Source: Octopus bimaculoides (Eukaryota). Taken from it: 64,000 bases of DNA. A program made the position numbers and the translations under genes. The first letter of the stretch is position 1. Every line of letters begins with the position of its first letter. Below, one piece after another: positions 38,330-52,857 of this stretch. The notes beneath the pieces are model-generated. The model did not search any database and was not told the DNA's origin. It saw only the letters and a program-made list of their open reading frames with translations. The stretch covers positions 85,830,611 to 85,894,610 of the forward strand of contig NC_068983.1 of the NCBI RefSeq assembly GCF_001194135.2, written 5' to 3'.

Positions 38330-38985
38330 TAATAAATGCCCTGATGCACTACCGGCTTTCATGGCTCCTCATCTTAACTGATTGGAAGTGTTATCATGTA
38401 CATTGTTTTGTCTTGGTATAAAAGATGGGCTACAGCAAATATTCTACTCAATACCACAGATTTGCTTGTCAGTTGTTTGACTGTAACCAGTTGAGCATGT
38501 CCCTTGGTGGCTGATGATATGTGCAGCTCTGATCATGAGCAGAAGTAGTGGGGGTGCATCATAGCTATGTGCTGAGTGGAATTCTTTGGAGTTTGGATAA
38601 TTCACCTCTGGAGACATGGGTATTTCGTTCAATGTCTTTTCACAACCCTTATTCAGGGACCTTTTGAGCGGAATGGGCTATTCGACCTGAAGAAAATTCT
38701 AATTGGGTCCCACCTCCAAGGTCATGTGTTGTTAATCTTGATATGAGATCACCATGTCGCGTACATATGGTTGTGATGCATGTGCCTGATGTACCCTTAT
38801 CAGAAGGGTAGTCATGATGGGTATACTGGGCTTTGTATATTNNNNNNNNNNTGATGCATGTGCCTGATGTACCCTTATCAGAAGGGTAGTCATGATGGGT
38901 ATACTGGGCTTTGTATATTTTACCCCAGTGTCACTTTGATGGCATGCACTGCTCTCACACTCAACAACAACAACAACAACAATAA
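38330..38985. repeat. Unclassified ~650-bp higher-GC repeat-like segment bounded by (AAC)n-like tracts
   Basis: Composition contrasts with the flanks, there is no ORF, and AAC repeats lie on both sides. Contains a 10-N gap with an artefactual duplication. Confidence 0.4.
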
Positions 38986-40454
38986 TGGTTTCAAATTTCA
39001 CCACAAGGGAAGCAGTTTTGGGGGAGGGGATGAGTCAGTTACATCGCACCCTAGTGTTCAATGGATACTTATTTTATCAACCCCGAAAGGAATTTGAACT
39101 CAGAATGTAGCGATGGGTGAAATACCACTAAGCATTTCATCCAGCGTGCTAACGATTCTACCAGCTCATCACCTTAATAATAATCCTTTCTACTAAAGGT
39201 ACAAGACCTGAAATTTGTTCATGTTAAAGTAAAATTTTGGTGAGAGTGGATGAAAGAATATTTAGTAATATTTAGGTGTTCCCCAGAAAGAAAGAAGAAA
39301 AAAATGCAAGCCATATATTCTATCTTGGAAGTGGAAGATCAGGTGATATTTTAGCAATAGCAATTAACTTTCTTGCATTGTAAAACAAACAAGTGCAGAA
39401 GTAGCTTCATTATGTATCTTTCTTTTTTTCTTTGGTAATATCAAATTCTTGGGTGCTCCTTTTACTGACACCTGTAGCCTGATGGTTATTAGTGAAAACT
39501 TATGTCATAGTCTCATATTTCTCTTCTTATCTCTATAGCTGATTATAAACGGCAGAATAATATAATTACGACAATAACTAGCTTAAAATATTAGGAGAAC
39601 TTTGAAAAATTCTCCATTTCAACATTTTTTTTTAATATTATCCTAGCCATCCTCCACATATGTATGCTCAAAATATGAGCAGGGCAACAATAAGTGGCCT
39701 GCATACTTCCATCTGTGATTTGAATGTTTCACAAATACCATTGCGCATATACTGGATGTATTGTAATTGAGTATTTGACTGATCCTCCTTTGTTCTCACA
39801 ATGGGCTTAGTCAAGTAATCTTGCATAAAGAGCAAATGAAAATGAGAAATGTTTTCTCCTGTAATTAAATGATTAAAAAATCCAAAGCAACAACCCTCCT
39901 CCCCTCACTTCATACATATTTTATTATCATTATCTGCAGACTATCTATTTCAGGATGAAGTACTTCAACAGCACATGAAGTTGTTCAAGAAGAATCTCCT
40001 TATATTTTATTGCATAAGTTATATTTTATCAAATACAATAGCAATGAGTTTTGAAAATAAATATTGAATTTTTGATTTTCGAAAGAATTGTTCAGAGAGT
40101 CAAATTTACTGAAACACTAATAAAAGGAATAATTACCTCAACATATACAGATAACAGAGACAGATTTAATGATGCAGGCAATTAGTCCAGGTTATCTGTC
40201 CAACCCCTTGTCAAACAATGAAGATTAATTCCTTTATAGAAGTGTGCTGTAACATACATCAACAATGGTTTTGGTTTTATAGCACTCATACTTACAGAGA
40301 TGAATCTAACATGTGATGTTCATGCCTTTGTTAAGGTAATTAGTAAAATAAATATAGTAAACTTGGTTTCAACTGAATTAAAACCCGATCCCTAGATTAA
40401 AATAGCAGAAGACTAGCCACTCGTTTCCCTCCCTCTCTCTATTTATATATATGA

Positions 40455-40985
40455 TGGCTGTCCACTCGTGACCGAGGAAGACCATTGCTGACCTTCAGGA
40501 ACATTGTGCGCTCTAGGACTAACTTCTGCACTTGCGGCTCCACAGGTGGCTAATGAGTCATGCTCTTGACAAGCATACATGACTGCAAACGTTGCAAACT
40601 AAGCTTTCCTCATTCCCTACACCAGCAGTGCGCGTTCAAGCAAAATATGTGCTCTTTCAAAAGTGTCGACCCCCCACCTCCTTAACCTGCTTTCTCCATG
40701 TGTGGCAATGACAGGCATTGCTCTCCCAGTCAGTCTCCAGCATATTTAAGGACTTGATACAGTCCTTAAATTGAAGCCTTGGTTTCTGCCGGGGTCTCTT
40801 TCCATTCCTAAGTTCCCCATATAGCATCTGCTTAGGGATCCTGTTTTTCTTCATTCTAATAAGGTGTCCAGTCCAACGTAACCAGTACTTGTGCACCATC
40901 ACCTCAATACTCAAGATATCAGTTGTCCTCAGGACTTGTGTACCTGGAGTTTTTAAGGTCCAGCCAACATTCAGAATGTGTCTGA
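40455..40985 (-). mobile_element. RTE (BovB-like) LINE 3' fragment
   Basis: SIEVMVHKYWLRWTGHLIRMKKNRIPKQMLYGELRNGKRPRQKPRLQFKDCIK. Confidence 0.88.
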
Positions 40986-41212
40986 TATATATATATATAT
41001 ACAAAATATATAGTTTTAGGGAAAATAACCAAGTTTCAAGAACTCATCGATGAAAATCCATTATCACATATAGAAAAATTAACAATTAAAAGCACAATAA
41101 ATGAGTATAATATAAAACAAAGTAAATATCATAAGATAAAGCTCAATTTAATTTTGATTTTTTATAAATTGATTTTAATTGAGTTTTTACCTGTAATTTT
41201 GGATTTTGTCCC

Positions 41213-41216
<4 letters not shown>

Positions 41217-41280
<64 letters not shown>
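41217..41280. repeat. (TA)n microsatellite, the longest of many (TA)n, (AG)n, (CA)n, (AAT)n and (GAT)n tracts
   Basis: Seen directly. Others at about 5515, 6310, 10485, 11040, 17858, 18840, 34893, 37070, 55488 and 56186. Confidence 0.95.
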
Positions 41281-41283
<3 letters not shown>

Positions 41284-42679
41284 CAACAACAATTTCTTTT
41301 GATTAAATGTCTGAAATAAGATTAAAATCATAATTTGATGAACTAGTAACTTTCTCATTAGAGTGCTTATTTAAAATTTTTACAACTATGCTAGATTTCA
41401 AGCTCCATCACATGTCTTATTCCTAGACATGTAAACTTAAGATACCAGACTGGATTTGAACTAGAAACTTTTATTTATAAACTAAAGCTAGCAATGTCCT
41501 TATCCACTAAGTCACCGGTGCATATGTACATCCATGCACAGAAATGAATCCCCTTGATTTTAAGTCAATCTGGGATCATACACATACCACAGAATATGAT
41601 ACCAGATAATAGAGAGCAAAGTGGTTGAAACTTAGCAATAAGTACTGAGGTCAATAGCCTAGAGGACTGTAACCTTAATTTGCAATGACCTGGTTAAAGT
41701 TTTACAGGAGAGAGAGAGAGAGAACATAGTTGATTACACTGACCTGGTATGTTATAGGTGCTAGTTTTATTAACAAAACTGCATTTTCTGACAACACTGT
41801 GCTTGTTGGATGACAGTGCTGAGTTCAATTTCTTCTATGAGTAGAGTTGAGCTGAACAGCAGAATTCAATGTTAAGTATAGTTTAAACCATGAAAACAAA
41901 CAAGCATCACAATAAATAATGGCTAAAGAAGTTGTGCTTGGCTCAAGACAGATTTAGTAGATGGATAAAAGATGTTGATAAATGCAAACATTAGCTTTGC
42001 CCATCTATTTGTTCATCTTTAGGCATGTTTCTCCATGTTAGTATAGATTAGATGAATATATTATTAAGCCATATGTCTTACAGTCTGATGCCTTTTGTGT
42101 TACTGTTACTTGCTTTTGAAGTAAGGGGTCTCTTAATTCACATGTCTTCAGAAGCACAGAACCAACAAACAATTTGTTGACAAAGTAAATGATAACTTCA
42201 CTGTTTGTAGGTCAGTGGTTTTCATGTGAAATGCAAAGAATATAAACATTCACAGGTACACCACAAGTTTTATATAGTCTCTATCTAGCAAATTCACTGA
42301 AGGTTCTGTGCAGTGAGTCCGAATGTGAAACTATGCAGTTGGGAAGTGAACTTCTTCAACATTTCATCATTCCTGCACCTTTTCCCTTCAACATTATTTG
42401 TACATTTGTTAGCATTCTATGTTCCATTGAGAAATATGAACTAAAAACTACAATTAAAAAGGAAAGAAAGCAATTAAAGATTACAATGTGTTGATGGAGG
42501 TCCTAATATCAATCATTTCAACCATGGCAACAACTTTGCTACAGAGCAGCAAGATTAGGAACTTGTAAAAAGAGAGGTAAAGCTAGGAAATACAAGTCTC
42601 AGTTTATGACTGGTGCTTACTATATGAACCTTTCTTTGTGGGCCGAAAGGAGAGAGAGAGAGAGAGAGAGGGGGAGAGG

Positions 42680-42712
<33 letters not shown>

Positions 42713-42810
42713 CACGCACATACAAGTGTTAGTGAATAAGTAATCTGTTCTGTTTTTTCTACCTTGCATTATCTGTTCAANNNNNNNNNNAGAGAGAGAG
42801 AGGGGAGAGG

Positions 42811-42843
<33 letters not shown>

Positions 42844-43984
42844 CACGCACATACAAGTGTTAGTGAATAAGTAATCTGTTCTGTTTTTTCTACCTTGCAT
42901 TATCTGTTCAAAATCTAGACAAAAGAATATTATGATATTCCAAGAGAGTTAAGATAATTAGCACCAAATTTTGCAGAGTAAATGAGTACAGCCATATTAT
43001 AAAATGCATTATGCCACACATGTACGTACATACACAAACACACTCACACATACTCATACAACATATCACCACACACAACCATACCTCTATATGACTCATT
43101 GTTATTTTGCAACCAATACCCTCACTTGTAAAATGGATAAGGGTTGGCAATCAGAAGAGCATCCAGCCATTAAAATATTGTCTTAAATAAATATCTGTTT
43201 AACCTATGTCAGTATATAAAAACAAAAGTAAAGTGAATGTACAAACACACACAATGAATACCTGGAAAATCGTGTCACGGTCACATATAAAACTTTAACT
43301 AGTAAGTCAAATATATGCACACACATTATTTATTACCTGAATGACAAAGTGGCTATGGTTGTCATCCATCAATATTATCAGAATCCACCCTCACCATCAC
43401 TCACCACAAGCATGGAAGAGCCCACACGATTGAGGAAAATCTCAATCTAGCATCATACAGAGATATGTATTTTAAAAGAGTGATGAATATGAAGATGATG
43501 ACATTGGCAACATGACAATAACAAATGATAACAAAGTAGCAGTGATGACTGTACTGTATTTTAATTACTGTGACAACTACTATCTCCACATCAAATGAGG
43601 CTTAAGTAGTTGATTAGACTAAAAGAAAACAATAAGAAGTTTGGCAGCAAGTTAGATATAAAATATAAATTGATGAAAAATAAAGCTAGTTGGAAGAAGA
43701 GTGAGCAAAATACAAAACTAATGAAAATGAAAATAATAGAAGGAAAATATAATTAGGAGATGAGAAAGATTAGTAAATAGAATTAAATGAAATACATGGT
43801 TGCTTGCATGTGCATGCACATGCAAGTGTGTGTGTGTGTGTAATATGAGATAATGTTACACATTAACTCTTATTCAGCAACATTTCCAAAACACACACAT
43901 ACACACACAAACAAAAAAAGCTCTCCTCCACCAAAAATTAGAAGAAATTGTGTAAAACCTTATCATGCATAACATACACCTTAA

Positions 43985-44900
43985 ATTATTTAAGTTCAAA
44001 ACATAAATTTCCTATCCAACTCCTAGTGTAGATTATTAATAAAACCGACCATAAACAGATTGGGTTTAGTTAGCAAGCATATACTCGACATGATTAATCT
44101 GAAGATTACAAATGCTATGAAAAGTGCCTTGCAGCTCTTTTGTGTTCATCTCATTATCTCCAATGCTCATCACATTACCAAGTGGCTCAACAGTATAGAA
44201 AACAAGACATTCAATACAAAGGATTTCTACCCCTTTGTATTGAAATGTCTTTTCTTGGAATTCAGAAAACATTAGTGTTATCAGCAATGATACCAAAGTT
44301 ATGCCTCTTACTGATCCACTATTTCATGCCCTTAGGGAAAGCTTTGACAGAGTGAAAATTTCTAGGACAGTTATTTATCTTAGACACCCTCAGCAAACTA
44401 GTCCCCATGGCTCTGGTTTGTACAAAGATGAATTTTAGCAGTTTCTGCACAGCCAAGGTATGCACAAATTTAGAAAACCTCTAAAAGGCATATTTATGGA
44501 ATACAATTTAGACATAACCATTTGCAGAAATCTAAGAATAGCTAAAATTTTCAGACATCACACAAGACAAGGAAACTATATAGATACACAAACCCCTCTC
44601 AACTACAATTAATAACCCTATAAATGACCTAAGTAAAAGAGTTTTCAATTGATACTCTGACAGAAATATATTCAATTGTGCTACAAATCTGTAAAAGCGG
44701 GACAAGGAACAGAACTCAGAAATAAAACAATATATCTGAACAGAGTGAGTGTAGTTTAGGCATTTTTAAGGCATTGTGTAAGAGAAAGAGTGATTAAATG
44801 TAAATGCCTTGAGGAAGTATATGAAACTAGAGGTATGGAACCTACATGTGAACTGATAAGAAACTAAAACCAAAGTTTGATGAGACATGTAGGTCTGCCA
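43985..44900 (+). mobile_element. Degenerate Penelope-like element, RT region and probable downstream remnants
   Basis: CRLLIKPTINRLGLVSKHILDMIN...ITKWLNSIENK.TFNTKDFYP resembles the PLE RT pattern 'CRLINP.KSEIG.VSK.ILD.IN...FDI.DFYPSI'. The 3' extent is uncertain. Confidence 0.6.
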
Positions 44901-45099
44901 TGGTATTAGCTAATACAGTAAAAGACCAAAATAAGGTACATTTGGTTGTTTTGAACAGAAGAGACCTTTCCTTAATCTTTTATGAAAATATTTGTTTGGA
45001 ATAGCAGACTGTTACTTCCTATAGAAACCTGACATTATTTTTTTGCATTCAATGTAAAAACTTATATAAGTGTACACAAAAATTTCTCTTTATAATATG

Positions 45100-45446
45100 C
45101 AGGTATTCCTCAACTTATATCAGTAATTGATTGTAAGATATGCAATATAACTCGAAAAACAATGTAACGTAAAAATATTTGGAAAACTTATTAGCTGATA
45201 TTTGTTTTAATAAATGGTTTGTACATATATTTCCATATGAATTTTGTTTCATTTTCCACTTCAGAATTGACCTTTTTTTAAATTTTTATTTTTATTATTA
45301 AAGATTTATGTTTTTAAATATCTTTGCTGAGACTGACATAGAGTCAGATAAATTGACTGCAGTTGAGGTTTATTTTTTCCGTTAATTTTTTAAATGTAAA
45401 GTTGAAAAACCTCTAACTCAAAATGATGTAAATTGAGGTATGCTTG
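45100..45446. mobile_element. Tigger/pogo-like MITE
   Basis: Imperfect TIRs CAGGTATTCCTCAACTTA / TAAATTGAGGTATGCTTG (14/18); TA on the right flank. Confidence 0.6.
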
Positions 45447-47033
45447 TATTTACAACTTCATCTTCTCTCTCCCCAAACTGCTCATTAGCATATAATGGAG
45501 ATCACATGATTCTACACAGAAACAACCAACACGCAACACAAGTGCTATCATTTGTTGAGTTATCACTATCCACTGGAGTTTGGATACAAATGCCCATATG
45601 GAACTATATGAAACCAGAGACATGAAACTTTATACAATAGTTCCCACACATTATGCAACTGAATATATGAGAATTAACGAATCAAAGTGTTTTGTGTGAG
45701 AATGAGAATCTGAATGGATGTGTGAAATGAGGAATAATAAAATAGCTTCATGACATGCATAAAAACAGAGGTGTTGAAAAAAACAAAAACAAAAAAGCAA
45801 CAAACAAACAAACAGAAAATGAACCACCAAAGTAGTAATAGTAGCAGCATTAGTAATAGTAATAAGTGCTGAAAAATAAAATGTGAACAACAAGAAAGAG
45901 AAATTAAATATTTATCATGTCAAATTAAAGCTGTCACAATGTTGTGAAAATACTCCTCTCTCTTCCTGTCTGTTTGTCTGTCTGTCTCTCTTTCTCTCTC
46001 TCAAATGTACACAAACTCATCAACTTGGCATAAATAAGATAATCGTGATATTGAAAACTCATGGTGAATTTTTATTTTTCCTTCCACACTAAACACAAAA
46101 TATTTCTTTCTTACTCATCATACACACACTCCTATTTAGATAGAAAGAAAACTAATAATAATATTAATAATAATAATAATAAAAATACATTTTTAAAATT
46201 AGAGCAATTTGTATCAATTGGCAACCATAGCAAAAACGGCGTCAAAATGGCGACTATCGTTTGGACAATGAGACATTCACTGATTATGTTACATAACAGT
46301 TTTGTACTACTTTGTGGATGAACTGAGCAAAGTATTCAAGCTTTTTTTATGCTCTTAATACTCTGAGTTTTTAACTATTCACTCTCTTTTAACATTCTCC
46401 TTATACTCTCCCATTTTGCCCCAGGATGTAATTGGTGCATGAAACACCAGAAGACAGGTTAATAAAACAACCTATCCTCTGAATCAATTCTTCTGCTGAC
46501 AATGACAACAACTATCATAGTCATAGACTCCTGGAGACGGCTATGAAGTATCTTTAGGGGATTTCAGGAAACAGTACACACTAGAGTGGTGCTATGTTAC
46601 TAATGTATTTCTAATGGCTCATAGCAGGAACTCAACACAAGCTGCTAGTAGCTGATGCTGCCTGCATACAGCTAAGTAGTTTGGGCCAGGAACTTAACTC
46701 TTTGTGGAATATTTCTTAACAAATATATACAACCTATATCTTTTGATTAATTTCTATCCTTTTGTAACCATATTCCTGTTGAAATACACTTCTTTTGTTT
46801 CTGCTGATTTTGGATGATGATGAAGAATCTAGTAAAATAACTGAAATTATAAAACTGGAGTTTGAATCATAAATAAACATGAAATTTTGACAGATATTTT
46901 AAACTTAGGTTACTTCAAAACAGGAAGCTTGTACCACAGAACCAAGGGTAGTCTTGGACGGGTTGGTGTCAGAAAGGTGAAAAGTAACTAAGAAGTTTAA
47001 AAATATTTAGGAAAATACCTTTATATTCATTAA

Positions 47034-47255
47034 CCCTTTTGATGCCAACCCATTTGAAACTGTCTCTGGCTCTGTAGTACAAATGTCTTGTTTCCATAAG
47101 TTTTGAATTAAAATCTTCCACAAAACGTTAGTTACAATTTATGTTCCTAACACCAGCTTAATGATAACTAAGTAATTTTGCTAAATTCTTTGTTATATTT
47201 AAAATTAATTGAAAGAAACACAAAGCACCTCAAAATAAATACAGTAACAAAAGGG
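47034..47255. mobile_element. piggyBac-type MITE, family G
   Basis: TTAA-CCCTTTTGATGCC...GTAACAAAAGGG-TTAA. Confidence 0.82.
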
Positions 47256-47713
47256 TTAATTGGTATATAAAGCTGATGTTTGGAATTCAACTTACGGAAT
47301 TCTTAAAATATAGACTTTTTACCAACTAAACTCTCATATTATTTGTTATAAGATTAGGGCTCCAACTTCAGTTGATTATGAGTAATTTTAGCTGAACTGG
47401 TAATGTATATCAAGAGAGGTCAAAGGTGGGATAGCATTGAAAGAGTTAAGTTACTTGGTAACATACATGATGCAACACCAATGATGGGAAATGAACCCTC
47501 AATCTATGATGCAACAAAAGGAACACACTATTAACCCCATTTTCAGCTCTTGCTATCACCAATCACACCATTAAGAGTTTTATAGCTATAGCATATTGAA
47601 CTTTGAACAAGAGATGATAAAGAAAAAGAAGTTGTAGTTTTTTCTCATCTTTCCAGAAATGTTTGCAATGTTAGTGAAGTTATTTCCAATGGGAATTGAG
47701 AAAATTGCCTTAA

Positions 47714-48306
47714 CTCTTTAGCATTTAATCTGGCCATATCTGGCCCAAAATATTGTACTTCTTTTATATTCAGACCAGACAGATCTGGCCTCTCACATGT
47801 ATCCTGCACTGTCATTCTAAAAATGCACAATCACATCATCAAAATCTAAAAGCTACAAGATAACGAATGATAAATTTAAAACATTCATCATTTACCATCT
47901 ACTGTCCATGCTGGCATGGGTTGGATGATTTGACCAGGGTGGGTAAGCTGAAGGACAGCACCAAACTCCAGCTTGATTTGACATGGTTTCTCCAGCTAAC
48001 TGCCCATCCTCATGCCAACCACTCCAAGAGTGTAATGGCTGCTTTTATGTGCCACCAGCACGAGTGCCAGTCATGAGACACCAGTATCTGCCACAACTAT
48101 GATTTCACTTGGCTTGATGGGTCTTCTTCTCAAGCATAGCCAAAGGTCTTGGTCAGTTGTCATTGCCTCCATGAGGCCCAGTGCTTGAAAGGTGCTTTTT
48201 ACATGCCACCAGCGCAGGTGCTAACTACACGACACCGGCATTGGCCACACTGCCTCCATGAATAAATAAGCATTCCATTTGACACAATAACCTGAATGCT
48301 AAAGGG
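47714..48306. mobile_element. piggyBac-type MITE, family F, interrupted by an RTE-tailed repeat (about 47885-48260)
   Basis: TTAA-CTCTTTAGCATT...AATGCTAAAGGG-TTAA with an inserted repeat between the two halves. Confidence 0.75.
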
Positions 48307-49642
48307 TTAATGTCTTCTTATGTGCAAATTTCCATATTTACTGGGAAGGACAGTTTAAGGAGCAATATTTACATCATTCAGAAGGATAAGAAATAAAACC
48401 TGCAATAAAGAATCACATTCATGTCTGACAGTAACTTAACAACAGTAATATTCTTTTAAAACCATACTGCCTGCCTAGTTATGCACCTGCATAATTTTGA
48501 AGAAAATCATATTTTCCCTAAAGTCAAACCCATACTGAGAAATGAAATTTTGCCAATTACAGATATCTCCTCCGCCCACAAAACACTCCAAACCAAACCA
48601 AAATCCATAGTCACCAAAATAAGTCTATGTTAGATTGGCCCATTAGTATTTGTGTCCAGCATCCCTTTACTCCACCCATCTGTCATAGAATTAGTTTTGA
48701 GGAACACATCCCAACTTGATCTCTTCAGGATATTTGACTGCTACTGCCACTGCTGCTACTTTCATTTGCTGAAATACTATCCAACATTTTATTATGTCCT
48801 TCAAACTTTTTGGATATATTCCCTCCAAACTGTATTTTTATTCTTTTATTAGATTCAGATACTGAAGTACAATTAAGATGGGTTAGCACCCCTATGATTT
48901 CACATAAAAGAAAAAAAAAAAAAAAGAAAAAGCTACAAACTTAGTAATAGCAACATGTATTTCAATGATTTTCAAAATGTAGGGGGTAAAAAAAACCCAC
49001 ACACTTTGAACTTGATATTTTAATTTAAAATAGTTTACTTGCAAAATTTTAAGAGAAACCAAACTATCAGCTATTTTCATGAGTAAAAATTTACTCTTGT
49101 TTATTTTGATTCAGGTGCTCCACATAAGGGTGGAGGTGAAATACAAGGCAAAATATACAAGATGAAACCAGGAAACTATATGATACTTGTTAATAACTTG
49201 TGATATTTAAAGGAAAATTAATTTGTACATACTTCATAAGCCCAGGTGTGACTGTGTGGCACCTTGAGCAAGTATCTTTAACTACAAGCTCAGGGCTGAG
49301 CAAAGCCTTGAGATTGGATTTGGTAGATGGAAACTGAAAGGCTGTCAAACATGCATGCATAGCTGTAAATGTGTCTATGAAATATGGAGTTAATTTTTCT
49401 TAAAATAGTACAGGAGTTATTAACCAGTATTATATAGTTTCCTAGTTTCATCTTTTATTCATTTCCAGCATGACTGGTGATGAGGAAATACCAACTTGCT
49501 TGGAAACTGATGATGGTTGGCAATAGTAAGGGCATCCTGCTGTAGAATACCTGCTTCAATAAACCCCTGACCGATGTAAGCATGAAAAAGTGAATAATAA
49601 AATGATGATTCCATTGACTTTACCTGTACTCACTAGTGATTA

Positions 49643-49725
49643 GAATAGTTTTGAGACAAAAATTCAATAAAGGATGTATGTAAAGAATAGTTTTGAGACA
49701 AAAATTCAATAATGGATCTATGTAA
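49643..49725. repeat. Two-copy 42-bp tandem repeat
   Basis: agaatagttttgagacaaaaattcaataa(a/t)ggat(g/c)tatgtaa occurs twice. Confidence 0.85.
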
Positions 49726-51591
49726 GAACCTTTTGTAAAGTTGTATTCCAAACAACCCTTTGATATAGTAATAAATACAATAAGTTAAAATTGTTTTAGA
49801 AAACCAGTGTAAATTCATAATTGCTTCTCCTCTACTACCATGTCTCCCCTGCCCTATGTCTACCCCATCATATTCTCTGTAGCCAGTCATCTCTTCTCCT
49901 CCACCTTCCTTCTAACTCATGTATTACTGCTCACTCCCTAACCATATCAAATTTCCAGTAGTCACCTACCCCATTTAGCCCCCCACAAAACATGTTCAAC
50001 ACCTCACACATTCTTTATCTCTAACCAACTCTCATATTCCCATACAAGCTCAACCTACCTACACTCCTTCAACCCCCCCCCCCTTGTCACTCAATTTAGT
50101 CACCTCCTACCTAGATGCTCCATCCTGGCACCACACCACTTCTATTTTATCTCTTACCAGCTCCACCCAAGTAACTCCAACTCTCTCTTCTGTAATGTAA
50201 CTGAGTAGCTTGTCTACAGCAAGAAACCTGTTCAATTCTGGACCCATCTCTCTCACTTTAACATCTTATACCATAGCAGAAAATCACAGCTCTGTGCAGC
50301 CCTGTTTAGTCACAGGAGAACTTAGCTTTGCAGGGTGACTTCACTAATGCTGGTGTCACAAAAAAAGCACCTACTACAATCTTGTAAAGTGTTGGCATTA
50401 AGAAGGGCATCTAACTGTAGGCATCATACCAAAAGTAAACTCTGGAGCACAATGCAGTTTTTAAACTCTTTGGGATCCTGTCGAACTGTCTAACTCATGC
50501 CAGCACAGAAGATGGATGTTAAATGATTATAATGATGACGACACACTTCACATGCAATGTTAAAAAAACTACCAATATGTTTTGCATGTGGAGTTAAAAG
50601 TTACTAGTGCACTTTATAAGTAAAGAAAAAAAAATTTGAAAAATATAAAAACTATTGCTTACCTTGTTTATTGTGAATAACATGTTTTTCAAGAATTACT
50701 GTGGATTTTCTAAAACCTTAAATTATAGTTTTAAAAATCCACAATGCATCTAGTTACCCCTGCAGAGCACTGTCTGAAAACCACTGCTCCAAGTCTAAAC
50801 TAACCACACTATACTAATATCTTCATAGTTAACAGAAAAAAATTCTATATAGATTTATAAAGCAAAATAACAAATGGCTATTTAATACTATATGCACCAA
50901 AAAAAGGTTCTGATGAAATCTTTAAAGCTGAAAACAATCAAGAAATGGCATTTTAATAGTTCTTTATTTATGAATTATTGCGTTTCATTCAACCTTACAA
51001 TGGTCAGTAGCAACAGGTGCTAATTAAGTGGACCTGAGATTTATTTAATATATATACATTCTGGCTTTCATGCCTCAACATATTTTGCTGAAAGCTTTCA
51101 AGAAACTGAATTTCCATCAAACAGTTTTCATTAAAAATCAAATCACAGAACAGCAAACAAATATTCAAAGCAATAGCTAAAGTTATTTTGATGATGGTCA
51201 TCTGCAACAAGTTCAGCTGATTCTTTTTTTTGAGGTTAAAGGTTAATAAACACGCTGGAGAAAAAGTGAAAAGAAGAATGAAAGAAAGAAAGAAGCAATT
51301 CATGATATTGTAAATCAGACACTGAATATCTTTAAAGTGTCAAGCTTGTATTTTCTGAAAACCATATAAATGAATACGAAGATGTGTAAATGTAAATTCA
51401 AGTGAATATTTAGAGACACACATACATTCACACACACATTTAAATATGGTATATGCATAAAGGCAATGCAACATTGATTGTGAATACAATATATATTTTA
51501 ATTTTACCAAGTATATTCAATCAGCTTCACTGACATAACCATAAGAAGTTTAAAAAAATCTTCTGGGCTAAATTGACTAGAATCTCAATTA

Positions 51592-51626
<35 letters not shown>

Positions 51627-52409
51627 GGTACATGAAGAGAAGTGATGTGTAACATTGATGAAGGATCCATTCAAAATTTTGTATATTTCTTCTCTTCATG
51701 GAATATATACTATTGTACCCTTTTCTGTTTCACTGAAATGCTTAATAGACTATGAAGGAATCAAATGTGAAATGCATGGGAAATTAGAGGAAATAGTGTA
51801 TGGCTGTGACAAATCAGTGTCTTTGTGGTTTTAGGTTAAAAAAAGGGTTTCATTACTTTCCAGACTGAATTCGATTTAGATATGAGGTTTAAAGTGTCAG
51901 GGTCATGCTAAAAGAGGTAATATATATGTCTAATATAAGACAAAAAATTTGTAGCACAAGCCACAAGAATCAAAGCTAATGTTTGCTGTAAACTGTACAG
52001 CCATTGCCAACAAATGCACCAAACAACATCGCAAGTTGAACCCCACAAAAGTCTTAAACTAACACACTGGGATTCCAAATACCAAGAGCTTGTTAATAGA
52101 GACCTCAGTCCATACAGTATCAAGGCATGGCATGTAATATATATTTCTTTCATGTATTTATCAAATACATGTAGAAGGTAGGAACAAGGCCCAAAATTTT
52201 TGGGGAGGGAGCCAGTCGATTAGATCGACCCTAGCACGCAACTGGTACTTAATTTATCGACCCTGGAAGGATGAAAGGCAAAGTCAACTNNNNNNNNNNA
52301 TTTATCGACCCTGGAAGGATGAAAGGCAAAGTCAACTTCGGCAGAATTTGAACTCAGAACGTAAAGACAGACGAAATACCGCTAAGCATTTTGCCCTGCG
52401 TGCTAATAG

Positions 52410-52740
52410 TGTATTTTTAGTGTCGGTTGTTGTAGGATTTTCGAGCGAGATCGTTGCTGGTGCCCCTGGACTGGCTCTTGTGCAGGTGACACATGAGGTT
52501 TTTTGAGCGAGATGAGCATGGCCGTTGCCAGTACCACCTGACTGGCCTTCGTGCGGGTGACACGTAAAAGCACCCACTACACTCTCTGAGTGGTTGGCGT
52601 GAGGAAGGGCATCCAGCTGTAGAAACACTGCCAAATCAGATTGGAGCCTGGTGTAGCCATCTGGTTTCACCAGTCCTCAGTCAAATCGTCCAACCCATGC
52701 TAGCATGGAAAGCGGACGTTAAACGACGACGACGACGAGG
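52410..52740 (+). mobile_element. Young RTE-tail repeat, family B, adjoining the head of a family D SINE
   Basis: Family B body and tail immediately follow a minus-strand family D copy (52190-52410). Confidence 0.8.
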
Positions 52741-52857
52741 AGTGATGTTTGAGTGGATATTCTTTATCAACCAGGTAGGACAAGGCAAATGAAGTCATGT
52801 TGTGAATCTTACATACCTGGAGGCACATCATAGCAGGTGTACTAATAAGATTTAAAT

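Noticed and set aside
38770-38920. Direct duplications flanking short N runs (also 42640-42910 and 52240-52345)
   Set aside because: Identical sequence on both sides of a 10-N gap is typical of unmerged contig overlaps, not biology.
39670-39830. Minus-strand frame ...ICETFKSQMEVCRPLIVAL with faint resemblance to the HAT1 last helix
   Set aside because: Only 6/19 identities, and the nearest acceptor gives the wrong phase; the 30873 exon fits better.
51004-51303. 99-aa minus-strand ORF in non-repeat sequence
   Set aside because: No recognisable homology, and the composition is typical of AT-rich non-coding DNA.
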